Source of the DNA: the human T2T-CHM13v2.0 reference genome, Homo sapiens
Length of the DNA stretch: 64,000 bases
Assembly (NCBI RefSeq): GCF_009914755.1
Contig: NC_060930.1
Strand: one strand, 5' to 3'
A model generated the notes under the pieces. It saw only the letters and a program-made list of their open reading frames with translations, was not told the DNA's origin and made no database searches. This document shows positions 55,186 to 64,000 of this stretch, one piece after another; positions within the stretch are counted from its first letter, which is position 1; each line of letters begins with the position of its first letter. The position numbers and the translations under genes were made by a program.

Positions 55186-55699
55186 TTCTCATTTCTGATT
55201 TTCACTCTTTCTTCTCATTTTTCATACTTTCCCCCAAAGTCTCCAGATGAATAATTTAAAACTTCTTGGCAGTTCTTTTGGGAAAGATTTAGGATAAAAC
55301 TTTTTTCTTTCTTTTTTTCTGGAGTTAATCATTATTAAAAAGTCACCATTTAACTAATATTTACTTTGATCTAAGTAAGGCTGTAGACCTTAGTTAACTT
55401 TATTTAATTTCAATTTGAATGAGTCCTGAGATCACCTTTTAAGCAGTAGATAGTCCCCACATTATGGGAAGAAATTGTTATCCCTGGATCACCAAGGATG
55501 GGTGGGGGAGCCATGATGGTGACTGGTGTCTTCATCAAGTAAAACCTAGAGATGTTACCAGTGAATTCTGTCTTTTGCTTGGGAGTTGCTGATAGAAGGT
55601 TATGCTTCTTAAGCCTAAACCCCAGCCAGTCTGAATGCATGCAAATCAATTCATGCTATGCTAGTAGCTGTCTTCCCTTGATTTTCCCGGCTGGGAATT

Positions 55700-55995
55700 C
55701 CTCTCTGCCTCTCTGCTTTTCCTCCTCCTTTCTTTGAAAACAGCTTGAAGGTCACCTTCTTTGTGAAACCTCTCTTGCTCTCTCCCTCCCTCTTACTCCA
55801 TCCCCAGAGTTCTTTTTCTGACCGTTCTCTGTGCCCCATGAATACTGCCATCCTTGTGCCTAGTAATACTTGCTCATCTCCCTGCTTCTAGGCCCTCAGC
55901 CCAGTAAGAGCACAGACGATGTTGGATTCAGTGACAGATTCTGGTCACTACTCATGGCAGTGCTCAGCAAGTATCTATTGAATATTTCTGCAGAA
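55700..55995 (+). mobile_element. L2 3' fragment
   Basis: cagcttgaaggtcaccttctttgtgaaacct...ggcagtgctcagc...ttgaatatttctg. Confidence 0.5.
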
Positions 55996-56399
55996 ATCAA
56001 TGTTAAACATCACAAGAGTTTAAAAGTCATGGTTCCCTTGGATAAAGGAGCATAGAAGTTTGAAGTTATAATTGGTCTGGATTGAAAACAATATAAGCAG
56101 AGCTAAATAAAGTTGAGTTGGAGTCTGCTTTCTAATTATACTAAACTAGAAATTTGAACCAATTATCAACATCGTTCTGGAAGAATTAAGAATGCTATTT
56201 GATTTACCTAATTACTTGATTTCATTATCTTATTCAGATTTAGGAAGAAAGGAGAGTCCTCTTCATCACTCAAAAAGTAATATAAAAATAATCCAGACAC
56301 ACCATAAATATATTAAAGCAAAGGATATTGAAGCCTGAGAAAGCTGAGCAATTACTTCAGTTCTCTACAGCATTTTCATTTTGAAGACACAGCCAGTTC

Positions 56400-56585
56400 G
56401 GAAGTAATATAGTGGCTGCAAAAATTGTATAGTCAGAACTTGAGTTGGAAGAGCTGCTAAAACAGCCACTTACATACCAATTACATATCCTCTTGGACCT
56501 TAGCTCATCTGTCTAAGGGGCTGTTGATAACTACTTTTCAGGGTTGTTATGAGGATTAAGTGAGCCAGTATGTGAATAAGCCAAC
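56400..56585 (+). mobile_element. MIR
   Basis: ctcatctgt...cagggttgttatgaggattaagtgag. Confidence 0.6.
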
Positions 56586-58119
56586 AAACATTCCATTAAT
56601 CTCCAAAAGACTACAAATAAATCTATGGTTTTACATGAAAGTACAGCAAAGCTAAAAAATAGTGTGTTACAGTAAGTTATGTTTGTCTATGGATCTGATA
56701 CCATTGAGGATCAAGAAATGTAAACAAATGCTAATTATTTATTTAGAAAGCATACACATATCAAAAACTCATAACACTATTAGTATTTGATTTTGATGAA
56801 AAAAAATCAAGAAAACTGCGGTTGAAGTAACTTGAATGTAGGGGACTGCTCTCCCTTGTCATAAACTCATTTTAAATAAGCCCCAGGGATTGTAATGCTT
56901 TGAAGAAAAGTCAAATGTAAATATTCCTTCTGTAGGTTGAGAGTAGACAGGGAAAAGCCACCAGTAGGGTAACCCTTGAGGGCCAGGGACAGTGGCCTCT
57001 CACTACCTCGCCCAGCTCCAGCCTTAAGGCCTTGATGAAACAGACCCTCGCCCACTGGGATGACTCATGGTCTCTGTAGAAACAGGACTGTGCAGCACGC
57101 AAAAGATGAAACAGGACAAACGGAGGGAGTGGACTAGAGATTTAATTTCAAGGCATGAAAATTAAATAAAATTCAGTCTCGCTTCATCATCTTTATGAGG
57201 AGATGAATGTAAATTAGGTTAAGGAGAAGAATCCTTTCTGCAGCCCCCCCCCCCTCAGTTTCCCTTCATCACAAGGCTGAAGATCTCTGTCCAGCCTCTG
57301 TGGCTGCATGCTTTATGAGAGTAATCATTCTGAAGTCGCAGGATATTCTCAGAAAGAAGCCGTTTCCATCTGTGAATCAAAGTTGTAAGGTTAGAGCAAG
57401 CAAAGATCACTGATGAGTTGGCATGAAGGTAGGTAGACATAAACACAATGGGGACTGAGCTTTGGGGAAGGAAAGAAAGAAAGCCATGTCCCTTTTGGAG
57501 CCCAGGAGGAAGCTATCAATAAGTCGGGATGACCCAGGTGCAGAGAAAGTTCATCGATGCTGATTAAGGCTTACTTCTCATTTGCTTTACAATGCACAGC
57601 ATTAGGCTTAAACAGATTCTTGAGTATAAACTTCATAAAGGCAGATAACAATTCTAAATTCATCCTCTATTCTACTTTACACCCAGTAGATTCAGGTGTT
57701 GTCCAAGTGGGTAGAATTGTTTTCAGTGTTTCAAGATTATAATGTGTCATAAATAAGTCTTTCTTTCCTGAACTTATCATTTAGTCTGGTTTGTGATTTT
57801 AGCTATTTTCTAGTTGCTCCAATCCTGCATTTTTGCCTCGAAGGCTACACTCCACCTGCTTTAAATTAGCAAGCGCACCTAATTACTCTAATATGTACCA
57901 GACTGGTTTGCCTTTTACTCTTATGTTCCAGGCTTCAACATCCTTTTTTGCTCTGTACTTAGAGTTCCATATTGGAAATGAGATAAAAGCAGTACATGTT
58001 CCTTGCATAGGTCAATAATACAGTTACATATAAGTGAGAGTTCTGTTACGTGTCACCAACAACATTCTGTATGTTTGCCATGAACAGAATTCTAACTATT
58101 TCTGCTCTAGAAACTCAGA

Positions 58120-58680
58120 AATATCATGTGAACATTTTTCATTTTAGTATATATTAATCCTTTTAAATATCTGTATAATATTCCATTATATGGAGGCAGC
58201 ATGATTGATTTAACCAATTTTCTGTTGCTGAGCATTTGTTTCCAAGTTGTTGCCATTACTATCGTGCTGCAGTGAACATCCTTATACATAGTTTCATGTA
58301 TTCTTGGGCAAATCTTTTGAAAGAATTCATAGAAGGGAAATTGGCAGTCAGCAGGCAGGGGGTGGCAAAGGGAATGGACATTTCGATTTTTGAAAGTCTT
58401 TCTCATGTTACCCTCAAGAAAAGTACCCATTTGTCCTCTCATTGACAGCTTATTAGACCTTCTTCCCTTATACCTCACCAATAATGGTCATAATCAATCT
58501 TTTTGTCTTTTTTTTTTTCATTTTTGCCAATTACTAGTGAAGTTAATATTTTTACTTTTGAGATTACCTTAGTTTGCATTTCTTTGCTCATTCTTCTTTT
58601 CATTTGTTAACAGAACATTTCTGTTTTTTTCTTCTGTGAATCAACTATCAAAGTTTTCTACCCACTTTTCTCTTGGCTTG
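58120..58680 (-). mobile_element. Old L1 (L1ME-like)
   Basis: ataatattccatt...tttaaccaatt...gtgctgcagtgaacatccttatacat...tttgcatttcttt. Confidence 0.7.
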
Positions 58681-59344
58681 CTATCTCTAACAGGACATTG
58701 CAGAGGAAACAAACCATTATAAAGTGTAGAAGATACTTGAAGCTAAAAATATCTGAGGCATGATTCCAAATTACACTATCCTTGTAGAAAGTGGTAGGGT
58801 GTATGTATGGTGTTTTTACAAACATGGTTTTATCCTGTTATTGTTATCTTAGGCGTCCCTTGAACTCATTTTTACTGCTAGGCATTCTTTCTGATTTTTG
58901 TTATATTCCTGACATCTTAGGCAATTAATCATTCTTCTCAATTTTTTCCTTTCAGCTCATATATTCGGTAGATAATTCAGCAATCTCAAAAATCCCAGGC
59001 AGAAAATTTCTGTCCTTAGATACATGTGTTTTTTCAAAGAAGAGGTTGTTTTTAACAAGTAAGGACATTTAAAAAGGTATATGGGAATTCTTATTCATGC
59101 TTTCAGATATTTAATATTGTCATTAATCCATAATTTTCTTCCCCAATACAACTTTCTCCTTCTCTTCCTATACTTTATCCTCCACCTTTTCCTTTTTTCT
59201 TTATCCTCCACCTTTTTTCTTTCTTTCTTTTGCCCTTTCTCTGCTCCTTCATTTCACTTTCTCTGTTTTACTCTCTAGTAGAGAGCTTTCTCTCTGACAG
59301 CAACTCTGAACCAATTAATTTTGTCTCCTGGAATTCTAGGTGAA

Positions 59345-60825
59345 AACTCTTAATAAAGCAGGCACTGATTGATTGATACTTCAGTGGTGAAACAATAGGT
59401 GTGCCCATTAAATTCAGGAGCGAAGCCAGGATGTACACCTTCATCCCAGTTGTGTTTACCTTTGCTCTGGAGGCACTAAGTGATACAGTTAGAAAATAGC
59501 AATTGTAGGTTTTAAAATTAGGAAAAGGAAGGCAAACAATACTATGTCAAGATGATATAATTGTATTTCTAGAACACGTGAGAGAATGAACTGGAAACTG
59601 TTTTTCTTAAACAGCTAGCAAGTTTAATAATGTGGTTTAGTACAAAATCAATGCACAAAAATCAGTAGCCTTCCTACATTCAAACAACTACTTGAAGATA
59701 GAAATGGGAGTAAAAGAAATATACAATACCAATTGTATTGTATACCAATATACAATAGAAACTCAATGACAGAATACCCAGGAAATAAAAAGTAACAAGA
59801 AATGAGAAAGGTCTATGTTAAAAAAACTATGGCATAAAACGTATTTTTAGATAAAATGCTACAGCAGTGTAACAACACCGATTTTCCATATATTTATGTA
59901 TAGATTTAGCATGATTCCATAAAAATTACTAACTGGATTTAAAAAAATCAAATTATAAAGTTCATGTGCAACATAAAATGTGTAAGAACAGACTAGAAAC
60001 TTTTGACAAAGAAAAATAATGAGGCCAGGAGCAGTGGCTCATGCCTGTAATCCCAGCACTTTGGAAGGCCGAGGTGGGCGGATCACCTGAGGTCAGGAGT
60101 TCGAGATCAGCCTGGCCAACATGGTGAAACCCCATCTCTACTAAAAATACAAAAATTAGCCAGGCATGGTGTCATGCGCCTGTAATCCCAGCTACTCCAG
60201 AGACTGAGGCAGGAGAATCACAGAATGACAACTCTTAATATTGACCCAAATACATACTGGATTTGGTATATAGTACAAATATATGAAATTGATATGTAAT
60301 ATAGGTGGTAGTATTTCAAACCAAGGGAAGAGAGATTGTTTACCTGTAAACAATAGTTAGATCCCTGCCTGATTCTTACACAAAAAGAAATCCCAGATGC
60401 ATCAGAAAATTTGAATGCAAGGAATTAAACCATAAAATTACCGGAAAGAAACATGGGAGAATGTTTTAAATATAATCTTAGATTGCAGAAGGTCTTTTTA
60501 ATGATGACTTGAAACCATCCATGAACATACTGATAGGTTTAACCATATACAATTGAAATTTTCTGTATGCTAAAAGATACAATCAAATAAAGTAAAAATG
60601 TAAATTAAACATGCTTCTCACACATATTACAACCAGAAACCTGATTTCCTCAATACGTAAAAAAAACGTGTATAAATCAGTTCTAGAAAACCAAATGAGA
60701 AAACATTCTTCTCTGGATATAGCTATAAGAAATCCAACACCATGCTTACATTGGGGAAGGAGAACCAGAGGCTGAAGCGACTCCCTCTTCATTTTGTACT
60801 GCTGGGTTTTTACCATGAGCATGTG
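59345..60825 (+). mobile_element. Old L1M ORF2 (RT region) to 3' end, degenerate, with an Alu insertion
   Basis: attaaattcaggagcgaagccaggatg...gatgatataattgtatttctaga...tacaaaatcaatgcacaaaaatcagtagccttcctac. Confidence 0.75.
60023..60221 (+). mobile_element. AluS, 3'-truncated
   Basis: Left arm plus part of the right arm; stops at ggcaggagaatcac with no poly-A. Confidence 0.93.
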
Positions 60826-60828
60826 GAG

Positions 60829-61175
60829 TGTCCTACTTTGTTCTGGCTGCTATAACAAAAATATCATAGACTACATGGCTTATAAACAACAGAAACTTAT
60901 TTATCACAGTTCTGAAAGCTGGGAAGTCCAAGATACCAGCAGATTCAGTATCTAGTGTGGACCCACTACCTGGTTTATAAATACTGTCTTCTTACTGTGT
61001 CCTCACATGGTAGAAGGGGGAAGGGAGCTCTCTAGGATTCCACTTATATTAATCCCATCATGGACTCTACCCTCAGGATCTAATCACCCCCAAAGGCTCC
61101 GTCTCCTAATACCACCACCTTGGGGGCTAGGATTTCAACATAGGAATTTTGGAGAGGCATATTCAGCCTATAGCA
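60829..61175 (-). mobile_element. MaLR LTR (MLT1A0-like)
   Basis: ggctgctataacaaaa...ggcttataaacaacagaaa...tgtgtcctcacatgg...ggatttcaacatagg...cagcctatagca. Confidence 0.88.
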
Positions 61176-63589
61176 AGTAGTTTCCAAAGAGAAATAGATG
61201 AAAGAAAAACAGACCGAGAAATACATTTTAAAAATTGAAAATCTATGTTTTCTTGAATTCATCTTGCTGCCACTAACCTGCACAAGTAGGAGAAGAGAGG
61301 GAAAAAGATGAAAACAGAAATAGTCCAGAAATAGTCGCAGCCTTCTCCACCATCTTCCTTTTTTTTCTAATACGTTTACCATTAAGGTTTCATCCATGGG
61401 GTTTCTCTGAAAAACCCCTGGATGTCCCTTAAATGCTAAAAGAATTTTGCATTTACAAGTGGAATAGATCATTCTTTCTGTGAGTGGTGGGAAGTTTGGT
61501 CTTGCCATCCCCAAGGAAGTCTCCCTTCACACCTGTTTCTACCTTGCTTTAAGGATGATCCTACTTAGATTTTACTTATGAAAAATATGTAAAATTCTCT
61601 AGCAGAAATGATGTAATTTGAACAATTTTCTAATGTTTGTATAGAATTTTAAGAACGCTTTACTATTAATTGAGCTACCATCAATTGGAAAACTTCTTAA
61701 GAAATTTAATGTACAGTATATTAGTCTGTGGCTTAAAAGATGGCACAACTCACTGTTCATTTAGATGGTGATTCTATCTTGGTGAGAGATGGCTCCTTAT
61801 TTAGAGCAGTTAAGAATGTAAGACCTTTAGTAGCCTTAACAATACGGACACGACTGTGTTACTTGCCAAAGTGTAGACTTATGTATATAAGATATTTAAT
61901 AGTACATGGAACGACTAGAATTGAAATTGCTATTGTCCTCCAGCTTTCCCCTTGCCCTGTAGGAAAGCCAACAGTGTGTGGGAATTTACAGGTATCTAAA
62001 ATCACCGGAAATGATATTAATACTTAGTAGAGTCTCATTATTCAATGGTGTCTCCAAAAACATAGCCACTATCTTGTAAGTGAAGTTACTATATGTTTTC
62101 CAGCAGTGGAGGGGTCTCTATAAAAAGTCCAATTTGTGATTTTAAATGCTTCAGTTCTTCATCCAGGAATATCTTGGCTAATTTCCCGTGTCTTAGTAAA
62201 TTGGTGACATTTTTAGTGATAGTTTCTTTACACCAGTTTCAAGTCACCTTCCTGTCAGGAAATGCAGAGAATGGGGAGTGTGACAGTGATTGTGTAAGAG
62301 CTTGTCCAGATTTGAGGAGTTGGGATGTGGGGTGGAAAGCATATTTCTACTTTGAGGGAAATGGCCTTCTAATTTCTTCTGTTCCTGCAGAAAATATCTC
62401 CCACAGGGTCTCAGCAGGGTGTTTTCTGAGCTCATTATGGATCTGTTACTTGGCCTCCTGGAGACTTCTGTATTCTACGGGCTTCTGGCTTTTAGTCTTT
62501 GGAGAGCACTTGTTCTATGTCATTGTTACGCAGCTCATAATTGGTGTGGGCCCATATTTTACAGTTTGTCAGGCTGGCAGGTTTTGAAGGCATTACTAAC
62601 AGAACAGGTGTAGATTTCTAAGGGCAGTCTCGTCTCTATTCCTAGCGTTTTCTGCAGGCTCAAGATGTACTTGACCATAAAGTAATATTTTACATTTAAT
62701 GACTTGAATATCATTTTGCAAATTTTCTAAACATTTTGTACTTCCTTTTAGTTCCAGCATTCAAGTGAATGTAGAACTATACTGAATATTGAGAAACAAT
62801 TCTCCCCAAGGTAGACCAGCAAAGATCTTCAGAATGTGTCCATAAAATCATAGCTTAAACTTGCCACAGAATTAACATTTTGCAGATTTTCACATTATAT
62901 CACTCTTATGGCATCTTCTGTACTCCCCATATGCCCAGGCACCATGTTCCTCTGCATTTTCAGTTAGTTTTATGCTTGGGTGTCCCAATGGAAACAGAAT
63001 AGTGCGTGCAGAATTGATCAGATTACTCATTCATTCGATCCAATTGCATCACGAAGTTAACTAAAAACATCAGATGAACGGGTTTAGGTTTTCCTACCTT
63101 GTTTTTCTTATTGCTTTTATGTTTGTCACAAGACAGGTCTCCGAATCTGAAGAAATAGAATGAATTTAAAAGAAAGGCGTGCTTTATTCTTTCTGTATCT
63201 CCCAACTGTCTCTTACATAAATTCAGCTGTTCTTTTTAACTTCCAAATTGTTAATGCTTTTGCCACTAAAATATACAGATTCCATTCAGATAGTTTTTGA
63301 CTCTTAAGTCTCAGAACAAACTTGCAGTCATAACTACCTCTCCATGGACAGAAAGTCATCATTAATTACTTAGTATATTTTTAATTTGCCTAGCAGAGCA
63401 GTAAAAGAACAATGTGAGCTATGAAGAGTTAGTAATAGCTATTGTTTGAGAACTTCTTATAATCAACACAAAAGTAAGCATTATATACATAACTTATCTT
63501 TGAAAATTCCTTGTAGTCAGACCCAGCTGATATCACTAATATCACTCACGTAGACCTTAATTGCCAGAACTGAACTGTGCTTTGCATTT

Positions 63590-63850
63590 ATTATCCCCTC
63601 TTCACAACAATCCTACAGGTACTGTTACTATACCCATTTTACAAATGAAGGAACTGGGGCTCCAAGAGGTTGATTCATTGTTCAAATGTGGTTATTAAGT
63701 ATTAAGGGCTGTGTAGGGATTCAAGCCTGCTAGGTCTTCTGCCTCAAGTGCACCATATACTGTGTATCAAAGAAGGCTTTGCCATTTTATAGATGGAGGA
63801 ACTGAGATAAGAAAAGCCACTTGCATGGCATCAAATGAGGAAGCAAAGAC
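63590..63850 (-). mobile_element. MIR (two fragments)
   Basis: cttcacaacaatcct...cccattttacaaatgaaggaactggggct; ccattttatagatggaggaactgaga. Confidence 0.75.
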
Positions 63851-63919
63851 ATGGGCCCCTGTCTCTCTGATTCCAGTGGCCACGTGAAAAACAATTATGC
63901 TACATGCTAAAAGATGATC

Positions 63920-64000
63920 TTTTTTTTTTTTTTTTTGAGACGGAGTTTCGCTCTTGTTGCCCAGGCTGGAGTGCAGTGGCAAGATCTCGGCTCACTGCTA
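63920..64000 (-). mobile_element. AluS (Sq/Sp-like), cut by the window edge
   Basis: poly-T followed by gagacggagtttcgctcttgttgcccaggctgg. Confidence 0.92.

Noticed and set aside
62093-62587. 164-aa ORF in unique sequence
   Set aside because: No recognisable domain, promoter context or exon structure; length compatible with chance in 64 kb over six frames

Overview
Primate (human-like) genomic DNA, AT-rich and CpG-depleted, with a large share made of interspersed repeats: 13 Alu copies or fragments, several L1 3' ends and old L1M pieces, MaLR/ERV LTRs, MER20, MER5A, and many MIR/L2 relics. I find no credible protein-coding exon. The ORF track is explained by Alu, L1 and microsatellite sequence or by chance. 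The one clear gene feature is a 64-nt ATG-free exon at 15956-16019 (+), with an AG acceptor and a GAG|GTGAGC donor. From memory, unverified, it matches the internal 5'UTR exon of TMEM200A (human 6q23), which would make the window intron 1 / exon 2 / intron 2 with the CDS outside it. Most L1 and LTR copies lie on the minus strand, consistent with an intron of a + strand gene. I cannot support a new biological system here. The most unusual structures are two fold-back elements that would form long hairpins in the sense pre-mRNA (8979-9219 and 44075-44186), a set of local templated duplications and inversions (20312-20510, 20005/21135, 44889/46773, 48512/48904 and others), and a few CpG-retaining patches with regulatory or splice motifs. 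Repeat subfamily calls come from recalled consensus sequences, and boundaries of old repeats are approximate.
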